From positions 32,001-96,000 of IMG/VR virus record IMGVR_UViG_3300042505_001173: a stretch of 64,000 bases of DNA. One strand, written 5' to 3'. Below, piece after piece: positions 49,830 to 58,277 of the stretch (within the stretch, counting starts at the first letter, position 1; each line of letters starts with the position of its first letter). The position numbers were made by a program, and so were the translations under genes. The notes under the pieces are model-generated. The model searched no databases, had not been told where the DNA came from, and saw only the letters and a program-made list of their open reading frames with translations. This DNA is from a virus.

Positions 49830-50798
49830 TTAATCCTTACACAATAAATTAACCGCAACTTTTGCTTCAAAACCTTTTTTTGCATTTTGTAACAATGACA
49901 TGTACACAAACATATATCCAAACCTGATGATTGACTGGTTTATATCTTTACATTCACCCGTATCTGGTATACTTACTTCCCAACCTGCATTGATAGCGTT
50001 AAACGCTGCAGATTTACCATTACCGTATCTATCAGGGATATAAATCTTTCTTCTTCTAGACTGGTTTATTACTTTAATTTTAGCAGGTGATAAATCGCCA
50101 CCGTTAATTGCTATACCTTTTAAATGGTAACAATCAAAAAATCCTTCCGTAATGAACAATGGTTCGTCTATATCAGTATGTAATCGATTATAACCGTATA
50201 ATATTACACTATCGCCAGTTACCATTGAATTTTCATATCGATGTTTAGTTTTTAAAAAACTCCGTCCTTGATAGAAAATTAACTTACCATCCCGGTAAAA
50301 TGGAATTATCAATCTACCGTACCATTTTTTCTCAAAAGCTGATGTTTTTCCTAATGATAAGAAGAAGTTATCATCGTTAACGATACCTCGCTGTTCAAGA
50401 TATTCTATTGCAACATTTGACCATACATCTGCACCATCTGTTTTAATTCGATAAAATGATTGAGGTAATGGTAATTCAACTATAGGGTTATCATCTTTTA
50501 TAATAACCGTTTTCTTTGTTGGTGTTTTACCTAAATTAGCTAATTGAATTTTTTGTATTTCTTCTTTTGGAATGTTAAAAGCTAACAACACATCCATCAT
50601 TTGATCAGAAATATGTGAGTTTTTGTAGAATATTGATTTACACCCACAATTAAAGCAATTATACGCTACTTCGCTATCAGATAATAAGAACCCACCTCTT
50701 ACTTTATAATCATGGCATACTGCACACTTAGTAGTAAACCAACCTTTATTGTTTGCATGGGTAGATAATGTTACATATTTTCGAATTAACTCTTCCAT
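49830..50798 (-). CDS. DNA primase (Zn finger + TOPRIM)
   Basis: CAVC...YNCFNCG, EYLEQRG, RLIIPF, YQGRS, ITEGFFD, KDIN. Confidence 0.85.
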   Translation of the reverse strand: MEELIRKYVTLSTHANNKGWFTTKCAVCHDYKVRGGFLLSDSEVAYNCFNCGCKSIFYKNSHISDQMMDVLLAFNIPKEEIQKIQLANLGKTPTKKTVIIKDDNPIVELPLPQSFYRIKTDGADVWSNVAIEYLEQRGIVNDDNFFLSLGKTSAFEKKWYGRLIIPFYRDGKLIFYQGRSFLKTKHRYENSMVTGDSVILYGYNRLHTDIDEPLFITEGFFDCYHLKGIAINGGDLSPAKIKVINQSRRRKIYIPDRYGNGKSAAFNAINAGWEVSIPDTGECKDINQSIIRFGYMFVYMSLLQNAKKGFEAKVAVNLLCKD

Positions 50799-50829
50799 AT
50801 CGATTTTTCATATTAAAATCAATATTATA

Positions 50830-51312
50830 TTATTTTTTTGTATAGACCACAAATGCTAAATCAGGGTGACCACTATCAATTTGTTCTTTATTAAAATTTA
50901 CTAATGGTTGTCCGGGAAACTGTTGATCGCATTCATAATTACGGTTAATAACAGATAGGTAAACTGTATCGCATTGTTTAATTGTTGTTTGGTATAATTT
51001 TGTACCACCAATAATGAATATCTCTTTATCGGTTTGAATATCTTCCAAATTTAAAACAGTTGTAGCACCTTTACACAAATTATCAGTATCAGAAGTAATT
51101 ACGTAACATTCACGGTTAGGTAAAACAGATTCACCTATATCTCTTAAACCGGCAATCTCGTTATACGTGTTTCTACCCATAACAACACAATGACCATCTG
51201 TTAATTGTTTGAAACGTTTCAAATCTAATTTACTAAAATCTTCACCTAACCATGGAATTTGCTTATCTTTAGCCATTCCACCCATAATATCACAACATGC
51301 TATTAACTTCAT
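50830..51312 (-). CDS. folA: dihydrofolate reductase (start revised to MKLIACC)
   Basis: IPW, DLKRFKQLT, VVMGRNTY, LPNR, IIGG, CD..FP. Confidence 0.9.
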   Translation of the reverse strand: MKLIACCDIMGGMAKDKQIPWLGEDFSKLDLKRFKQLTDGHCVVMGRNTYNEIAGLRDIGESVLPNRECYVITSDTDNLCKGATTVLNLEDIQTDKEIFIIGGTKLYQTTIKQCDTVYLSVINRNYECDQQFPGQPLVNFNKEQIDSGHPDLAFVVYTKK

Positions 51313-51392
51313 TTTAAACCTATGGTATTTTAAAGGGAAACATATCAAATTTAAATGACAATATTGGTATAGTGTTATATAATCAATTAACA

Positions 51393-51626
51393 CTAATCAT
51401 TGGGAGACTCAATTCTCTTAAGTTCTCCGGTATGCGCTTCGAGATCAGCTGAAAACTGTATTAGGTGTAATTCACGTACATTAACAAATTTTGTCCAAGA
51501 TACATCATCATCGATAGGTGTTATTTCAATGAAATGGTCCACTGACCTAACGACTGAATTAGGTTTATTAACGTACCTACCTGTACATTTAACCTCAATA
51601 TCCCCGTACAAATAATTTTTACTCAT
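51393..51626 (-). CDS. hypothetical protein
   Basis: YLYGDIEVKCTGR...IEITP..W.KFV. Confidence 0.65.
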   Translation of the reverse strand: MSKNYLYGDIEVKCTGRYVNKPNSVVRSVDHFIEITPIDDDVSWTKFVNVRELHLIQFSADLEAHTGELKRIESPND

Positions 51627-51861
51627 CCCACTCCCAACCGTTACCGATTTGATCTACTTCTTCACGTGAGTCGTCGAGATACACATCGAGCCATCTATTA
51701 ACTGTTTGGTATACTATATCGTTTACAGTATCATGTACCGCATCGGATTCATCAATGGTTATACCATATACATACAACATCTCTTCGCTATCCATGCGTT
51801 TAAGATCTTTCCGTACTGCTGTTTCAATTTGTTGCAAATATCTATTATTGTGTTTACTCAT
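51619..51861 (-). CDS. hypothetical acidic protein
   Basis: 80-aa ORF overlapping the next gene. Confidence 0.6.
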   Translation of the reverse strand: MSKHNNRYLQQIETAVRKDLKRMDSEEMLYVYGITIDESDAVHDTVNDIVYQTVNRWLDVYLDDSREEVDQIGNGWEWDE

Positions 51862-51902
51862 TGGAGAACTTACTGATTATCTAAAAAAATTCTATTTAGA
51901 CT

Positions 51903-51935
51903 AAAAAAAAGCGTTATATAAAAATATAACGCTTT
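51903..51935 (-). terminator. rho-independent terminator of the TROVE-like operon
   Basis: AAAGCGTTATA-N6-TATAACGCTTT with a T8 tract on the minus strand. Confidence 0.7.
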
Positions 51936-51972
51936 GAGGTAGGACACTATATTAAAAACATCTAACAACTAA

Positions 51973-53457
51973 CTAAAAACTGATACTTTCGTATCTTGGA
52001 GAGTTAACAACCTCCATCATCATACCTTCAGGTGATAAAATCTCATCTTGCTCACCTGTTATATACTTCAAGATATTTGGACTAAAACCTGAAATCATAC
52101 AGGTATTAGGAGTATTATGTACTACTGGAAAATTGCCAGAGTTAGCATTAACATTCCAGAATACTAACTTAGGAATTGTATATCCAGCAATTTCAAATGA
52201 CGATCTAATTGTTTCATAGAACGTTTCAACCGCTGAAGCTTTAATTTGACTACGAGTAATAGCATTAAATTCCATATCAGAAATGATATAAATTGTTCCA
52301 ACCATATCACTAGGTGACAACTGATTAGTAATAGCTGCTTGTAGAATTAATTTAAACACTGCTTCAAGGTCTGTTGACATACCCCATTCAGCGTGTGAAA
52401 GATTATGAACCTTTTCAAAGATATTATTACCTTTTAAATCTTGAATTCTTGGGGTTTCACTAAACGTAATGAATTTGTCACGATATGGACCTTTTGCTCG
52501 TTCAGCAAAATAAATTGCTAACGATATACAAACTTCCATTGGAAGACCTGACATTGAACCACTAACATCAGCTACAACGATAGCGTTACTATCAACATCA
52601 ATTTTTGGTAAGTTTTTCCATAAAATTTCTGCTTCATCTGGTTTAATGTCACTTGTCCAATTGTTTAAAATTTTACCAACGATTTGATATGGATATAAAG
52701 TACTAGCGTTAACATGAACTTTCCCGTCTTTAGCTAATGTAATAAATTCTTCATAACGGGTAGCATCATTTCTTGCAAATGCTTTGCGATGTTTTAGTAA
52801 ACATTGACTTGGTAACTTAGAATAAGTAATGGTATCCCATTGTTTAGCACTCATACGATTTTCAGCAACTTCAAGATATCTGTTCAAATTTGAACATAAT
52901 TTACGATAATCTTTTGATGATAGCCCAAAAGCTTTACGCGTTAAATTACCTAATCGGACTGATTCTTTACTTGAAGTATTGATACGTTTTAACCATTTAC
53001 CTAAAATTGAAATAGGTTGATTTGATGTGATACCCTCAAGATCTCTACGTGATTGATCTTTCATTAAACTAAAAGCATATGATTCACAAGGTGTACCGAC
53101 AACTGAATAAAGATCATCCCATCTTCCGTATTCAGCAACGAGGTCTAATAGGTTTTTTGTTTGATCTGGGTAGTTACGAGCAAGCCATTCTAATTGAATA
53201 CGAAATGGTCTTCTTTGACCTTGACCACCACGAATATCTCTAAACATGTACATTAACCGTACAGCAATTGTCTTTTCTTGTGCAAATGCACGTGTAAACA
53301 AACTTAAAATTTCACTTTCGGTTCTTGATCTAATTGATCCACCTTGAGCAAAGAAATCAACACAATTGTTTAAAGATGAATGGTTAGTAATAGCACCGTT
53401 TTGTGTTGTTGAATGATTCATTTGATTTGAAATCGCTGATAAGAATTTTTCGGTCAT
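51973..53457 (-). CDS. Ro60/TROVE-like helical domain + vWA domain protein (DUF2828 type); start revised to MTEKFL
   Basis: TTQNGA, RDIRGGQGQR, YGRWDDL, KW, LYPYQI, MIDAS DVSGSM, ISDMEF, VFWN, ISGFSP; GGAG RBS 6 nt before ATG 53457. Confidence 0.8.
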   Translation of the reverse strand: MTEKFLSAISNQMNHSTTQNGAITNHSSLNNCVDFFAQGGSIRSRTESEILSLFTRAFAQEKTIAVRLMYMFRDIRGGQGQRRPFRIQLEWLARNYPDQTKNLLDLVAEYGRWDDLYSVVGTPCESYAFSLMKDQSRRDLEGITSNQPISILGKWLKRINTSSKESVRLGNLTRKAFGLSSKDYRKLCSNLNRYLEVAENRMSAKQWDTITYSKLPSQCLLKHRKAFARNDATRYEEFITLAKDGKVHVNASTLYPYQIVGKILNNWTSDIKPDEAEILWKNLPKIDVDSNAIVVADVSGSMSGLPMEVCISLAIYFAERAKGPYRDKFITFSETPRIQDLKGNNIFEKVHNLSHAEWGMSTDLEAVFKLILQAAITNQLSPSDMVGTIYIISDMEFNAITRSQIKASAVETFYETIRSSFEIAGYTIPKLVFWNVNANSGNFPVVHNTPNTCMISGFSPNILKYITGEQDEILSPEGMMMEVVNSPRYESISF

Positions 53458-53466
53458 TTTGTACTC

Positions 53467-54198
53467 CAAGACATTAATTGTTAAATTGCGGATACTGTCT
53501 TTATAACTAGATGCATAAGTCATTTTCAATAATGAGTTGTTTAATTGCTGGAAGCATCTATAAGTGTTTAGGTTTTACCCTAAAAATATAAACTTGAAAC
53601 AAACTTATATTTTTAAGATCGAATGTTCCAACCAATACACCTCTAAGTCTGTCAGGACTTAGTTTATTTCATGGAGACTATTTTTAATCGCTGTATGTGC
53701 GGTTATTGGAACACCCAATTTTTAAAAATATAGACCTGTTTTTAGCAACCCACATTCATTCCAATAAGATTAGATATGTAATTGCTGTAAGTGAGTTTTA
53801 TAACAGGTCTACATCTGTACATCAATATGAGGTTTTTCACGATGATCGATCACTTATTGTGACCATCAAACGTTTAACCTCTCTGCATTAAAATTATATG
53901 CTGTACTACACCTACTTGGAGGTGCCATCTTAAACCAAGATGGAGCAAGATCTTATTAACATTTTCGATTATTGCTGTTAAGATCTTTGATAAAAGAGCG
54001 GTCACGATCTAAATTTAACATTTGCAGTGTTTATAAAATTGCTGTTGAGATCGTTGATTTTACTAATAACTTTCAAGACCTTATTCACGTTTTCGAGTAT
54101 GAGTCGATTATTGTTGCAGTTAAGGTCTTACGTAAACTAGATTCTGTTTATGTGTTCAGATTAGAGGTCTGATATTAAATGGTTGCTGTTCGAATCTA
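53467..54198 (-). ncRNA. array of about 9 hairpin RNA units with conserved ACAGCAA motif (Y-RNA-like array)
   Basis: Units at 54137-54198, 54074-54129, 54003-54054, 53946-53987, ~53805-53913, 53731-53811, 53624-53713, 53507-53560, 53467-53501; each is stem + ACAGCAA-like motif + variable insert + complementary stem. Confidence 0.8.
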
Positions 54199-54206
54199 TA
54201 AAACGT

Positions 54207-54235
54207 ATTATAATGATCTAAAAAAATTAAATCAA
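54207..54235 (-). promoter_or_regulatory. sigma70-type promoter driving the RNA array + TROVE-like gene
   Basis: TTGATT-17-TATAAT, 8 nt before the first unit. Confidence 0.8.
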
Positions 54236-54248
54236 CTATATCTTTAAA

Positions 54249-55202
54249 TTAATACGCTTCAAGCCAGCTACCTGACAACCCACCTTTAACATACGAGGTA
54301 GGTTTACTTTCAAAGAAGTTTGTATGCTCAGGTGAGCCAATTAATTCATCAAACCACGGTACAGGATTATCTTTAACATTAAAGTTACCTTTGAACCCCA
54401 TTTGAATCAAACGACGATCTAACAAATATTTCATATATTCTTTAACATCGTTTTTAGGTAAACCTTCAATGTCACCCATTTCATACGCTAATTCAATGAA
54501 TTTTTCATCTAATTCGTAGAATTTACGAGAAATATCATAAACTTGTTTTTTAAACTCATCGTTGACGATACGAGGATGTTCATCAATATACGTTCTAAAC
54601 AGCATAATCAAACCTTCACAATGTGCTTGCTCATCAATGATAGACCATAGATTAACTTCACTCATACCTTTAAACAAACCACGTCTTGAGAAGTTTAATA
54701 GCATGATGAACGTTCCAAATAATGAAACACCTTCAGAAAACACATTCTTAACTAACGATAAAGCTTTACCTTTATGAGTCGAGGTATCGTTATCACCCAT
54801 AAAATCAATCTTGCTATACATTTGCTCATATTCTAAGAATGCTTCAAAATCTGATTCAGGTAAATTTAAAGTAGTCAATAAAGCTGAGTAAGCTCTTTGA
54901 TGTACACCTTCACGAGCTGCAAACGATAAAAGCATTTGTTGAATTTCGTTATTTTTAAATGTAGGTATCAAATTATTCGTATACATTGAAGCAACTTGCG
55001 CGTCACTCTGAGTAAAGAACTTTAAGATCTGATGAATCAGATTCTTTTCTTGAGGAGTGAGGTTGTTTTGCCAATCAGCAACATCTGGACTAAAATCCGT
55101 TTCCTCATGTGTCCAATGTGAACGTTCCGATTGAAGAGCCATCTCAACAGCCCATGGGTAGCTAAAAGGTTTGTATGTTTTACTTACTTCTAATACTGAC
55201 AT
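54249..55202 (-). CDS. nrdB: ribonucleotide reductase class I beta subunit
   Basis: YKPFSYPWA, FFTQSD, REGVHQRAY, EGVSLF, DEQAH, NFFE. Confidence 0.93.
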   Translation of the reverse strand: MSVLEVSKTYKPFSYPWAVEMALQSERSHWTHEETDFSPDVADWQNNLTPQEKNLIHQILKFFTQSDAQVASMYTNNLIPTFKNNEIQQMLLSFAAREGVHQRAYSALLTTLNLPESDFEAFLEYEQMYSKIDFMGDNDTSTHKGKALSLVKNVFSEGVSLFGTFIMLLNFSRRGLFKGMSEVNLWSIIDEQAHCEGLIMLFRTYIDEHPRIVNDEFKKQVYDISRKFYELDEKFIELAYEMGDIEGLPKNDVKEYMKYLLDRRLIQMGFKGNFNVKDNPVPWFDELIGSPEHTNFFESKPTSYVKGGLSGSWLEAY

Positions 55203-55231
55203 ATTATTTTCCTTAATTTACTGTTCGTGTA

Positions 55232-55474
55232 CTACGCGTGAACATCGATAATTTGTGATTGAAAAAACGGCACTAACTGTATGTTACCATTCTGTATTGT
55301 GTAGCTGACAATTTCAACAGAATTTGAACCATCAACTTTTGGGTGTCCGTTATACCCGAGAACTACATCAGAAAATTGAACTAAATCAGTACTGATGTTT
55401 GGCATATAATGACATCTAATAGATGGTGAATACATACTCACCGGTAAAACACTAGCATTAATTGCGGTAGACAT
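55232..55474 (-). CDS. hypothetical protein between nrdA and nrdB
   Basis: 80-aa ORF with AGGT RBS. Confidence 0.5.
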   Translation of the reverse strand: MSTAINASVLPVSMYSPSIRCHYMPNISTDLVQFSDVVLGYNGHPKVDGSNSVEIVSYTIQNGNIQLVPFFQSQIIDVHA

Positions 55475-55482
55475 AACTAAAC

Positions 55483-55905
55483 CTATTTGTTTAAATAATT
55501 TGCGACTGATTTAAGATCTGAAAACGATTTTGCACCGTTTTCAGATACCATTTTAGATACAGCTTCCAATGACTTCAATTGACCTTTATCAAACGTTTTA
55601 CCACCATCTGATTCAAGCACACAAAACACTGTTTTATTTGGTCTTTTGTTTGAATCGTCAACTACTTCTGCTACCGAATAAACACCTGACATTTTCGGTG
55701 TTAGTACGTATAATACATGATCGCATATTTTACGCTGTTTTAGTTCTTCTTGGTAGCATTCTTCTGTCCAATCATCTACAACTGGATTGAAGTAATCGAT
55801 TCTTAACAGTTTGATTAATTCATCCCGCCATGTACTTTCATTACAAGTACCACCTAAAAATACCGACACCTTTGATTTACCTTCAGCTATATCTGTTAAT
55901 TTCAT
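55483..55905 (-). CDS. nucleoside 2-deoxyribosyltransferase-like protein (start revised to MKLTDIAE)
   Basis: VFLGGT...WRD...YFNPVVDDW...E...GVYSVAE. Confidence 0.7.
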   Translation of the reverse strand: MKLTDIAEGKSKVSVFLGGTCNESTWRDELIKLLRIDYFNPVVDDWTEECYQEELKQRKICDHVLYVLTPKMSGVYSVAEVVDDSNKRPNKTVFCVLESDGGKTFDKGQLKSLEAVSKMVSENGAKSFSDLKSVANYLNK

Positions 55906-55913
55906 AATTTGCG

Positions 55914-57806
55914 TTATGCGTGGCAAGATGTACATTCTACTTTATCTACTTCTTGACTTTCATAATCTTTTAATGCTGTGCGTTGAATTTTACCTGAAAC
56001 CGTTTCAAATGTATCGCTTTTATTAGCACGTAAATAATATAGAGTTTTCAATGGGTCACCAGGTAAAGCTGGATCTTTTGAAAACGCTCTCAAATGAATC
56101 TGGTTCAATGTACGTCTTGAAACACCTTCGTTCAAATAAAGATTAACTGAACATGCTTGATCGATATGCGCTTGTCTAATACGAGCTTGATCAACTACAT
56201 AATTTTGATCAATTTCAGTAGCAATTTTATACAGCTTTTGCTCTTCAGCGGTAAAGATATCATCCATACCTTGGATAGAACCATTATTTTGTAAAATACT
56301 GAGCCAAATATCATTCACGTTAAGATTTTTTTCATCAGCAATACGAATAATATCTTGTTCAAGAAATTTATTTTTAACTGTATAACTTCCAATACGTGTT
56401 CTATGTACATAAATGTTAGCTCTGATAGCTTCAATTGACGCACTCGTTTGACAAATAATTGAACTATTAGCATTAGGTGCATACGCAATACGATGAGCGT
56501 TGCGTACACCGTAACCTTTTAAATATTCAGGTTCACCACGTTCTGCTGCTAATTGTTTAGATGCTGCTAAAGATCTCTCATCTATTAATTTAGAATGTGT
56601 ATGGGCCCACTGTGCAGCTGAACCAACACCACCAGATTCAAATGGAATTTTATTCTTCATTAGGTAGTTGTGCCAACCCATATAACCAAGACCAATATCC
56701 CGTGAATTTCTGGCAGATCTTACAGCTTTATGTAATTCATCAGAAGCATAATCAACAAACCATTGTAGTACATTATCTAAGAAACGTGTACAATCTTCAA
56801 TAATTTTAGAATCTTTCCATTCGTCGTATTTTTCACCGTTGATACTTAATAAGCAGCAAATAGCTGTATGCAGCTCATCGATTATTAAAATGATTTCTGT
56901 GCATATATTAGAAGCTTTAACACTATATCCGCGCGCTTTTAGAGCTGGATGTAATTTATTATTAGATTCTTCAACATTATGAATATATGGTTCACCTGTT
57001 AAGAATCTTGTTTCTAATATTGATTGCCATAATTCACGTGCTTTAACAGTATGTACTACTTCTTTTGAATGTGGATCAGTTAAGTTCCAATCAGCATCTG
57101 CTTCAACAGCATCTAAAAATGCGTATGTAATGTTTACTGCGTTGTTAACATTGAATGCTTTACGATTTAAATCTGAACCACCTGATGGTACACGGACACC
57201 TAAAAACTCAATTAAATCTGGGTGTGTAATATCCAAATAACCAGCAACAGTACCACGACGTGTACCAGCTTGATGATAATATAAGATGTTACTATCCATC
57301 GTTTTGAGATAGGGAATCGCACCTGGCGATTTTTCAGTAATACCTCTCATACCTAGATACTGACCGACACCACCACCTATTGTTGATAAATGAGCTAATT
57401 CTTTCGCTGACTCAATTTGACCATTTAATGAATCGGGCACCATTGTAATGAAACATGATATCGGCATCGCACGAACTGTTTCATCTGTAGTGAAAGCAGT
57501 TTTTCTATGAACAATATCTTCTTCTGAATACCCCCATTTATCTACTAATGTATGCCACATTCCTTTTACTGAATTAGAAATAATTGGACTTGAAAAGCAT
57601 GCATGTTGATCTGATACATAATTATACATTCGTTGCGCAAATTCATAATCACCGTAACAGAAATTAGTAGCTGCTCTTGCGAATGCGTACTGAGGACTAT
57701 TCTCGTCCGGCTTCAAATAATGTTTCTTAAGTAGCTCCAATGGAAATTCATCATATGTTTCATCTTTAGATAAGTCAATCTCGATTCCTAGATATTGTTG
57801 TTTCAT
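55914..57806 (-). CDS. nrdA: ribonucleotide reductase class I alpha subunit (short, no obvious ATP cone)
   Basis: PISCF, GGGVG, RRG, SNICTEI, APNANSS, KTLYYLR, C-terminal CTSCHA. Confidence 0.93.
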   Translation of the reverse strand: MKQQYLGIEIDLSKDETYDEFPLELLKKHYLKPDENSPQYAFARAATNFCYGDYEFAQRMYNYVSDQHACFSSPIISNSVKGMWHTLVDKWGYSEEDIVHRKTAFTTDETVRAMPISCFITMVPDSLNGQIESAKELAHLSTIGGGVGQYLGMRGITEKSPGAIPYLKTMDSNILYYHQAGTRRGTVAGYLDITHPDLIEFLGVRVPSGGSDLNRKAFNVNNAVNITYAFLDAVEADADWNLTDPHSKEVVHTVKARELWQSILETRFLTGEPYIHNVEESNNKLHPALKARGYSVKASNICTEIILIIDELHTAICCLLSINGEKYDEWKDSKIIEDCTRFLDNVLQWFVDYASDELHKAVRSARNSRDIGLGYMGWHNYLMKNKIPFESGGVGSAAQWAHTHSKLIDERSLAASKQLAAERGEPEYLKGYGVRNAHRIAYAPNANSSIICQTSASIEAIRANIYVHRTRIGSYTVKNKFLEQDIIRIADEKNLNVNDIWLSILQNNGSIQGMDDIFTAEEQKLYKIATEIDQNYVVDQARIRQAHIDQACSVNLYLNEGVSRRTLNQIHLRAFSKDPALPGDPLKTLYYLRANKSDTFETVSGKIQRTALKDYESQEVDKVECTSCHA

Positions 57807-58208
57807 TATTAGTCTCAGTAAGGGTGTAAATAATTTATGCCGTTTATAATTATGTATTCCATTACTTAATTATCTGTGTCATCCTTGACGTATAGTATAA
57901 CATATTTTTATCAAAATTAAAATATATATTTTGCTATACCTTTAGATAATATGTAGGTTCCTGCAATTGTTAATTCTTGTAATACTATTAACCTATTAGA
58001 GATTATAGTATGGATATGTTATTGTTTTATTACGGTTATGGTGTTAATGATTGTGGTTTTATTTATTGTTCTTTTTACTTGTTTTAACCCGGGTACATCA
58101 CACGATTTATTTTGATTAGCTATTATAGTGGTGATGTAACTTGTTTGTGATTTACCGTTTATGGTTTGAGCTATTCTATAGTTATTACTCACGACATTGA
58201 AATAATAG

Positions 58209-58237
58209 TTGTTAAATATCGCTTTCGATGATATAAT
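58209..58237 (+). promoter_or_regulatory. sigma70-type promoter (extended -10)
   Basis: TTGTTA-17-TATAAT preceded by TG. Confidence 0.6.
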
Positions 58238-58277
58238 ATCATGTACCATAAAATAAAAACAGAGGTTAAATCACTAT

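Noticed and set aside
53697-54172. ORF-track entries 53697-53891 and 53972-54172 (+)
   Set aside because: Non-ATG starts, no clear RBS, antisense to a promoter-driven structured RNA array; likely spurious
53467-54198. CRISPR array interpretation of the repeated units
   Set aside because: No identical direct repeats or constant period; only a 7-nt motif and pairing are conserved; no cas operon in the window
58019-58249. 76-aa minus-strand ORF
   Set aside because: Low-complexity I/N/T/K product of the skewed intergenic tract, overlapping the promoter of the + strand gene
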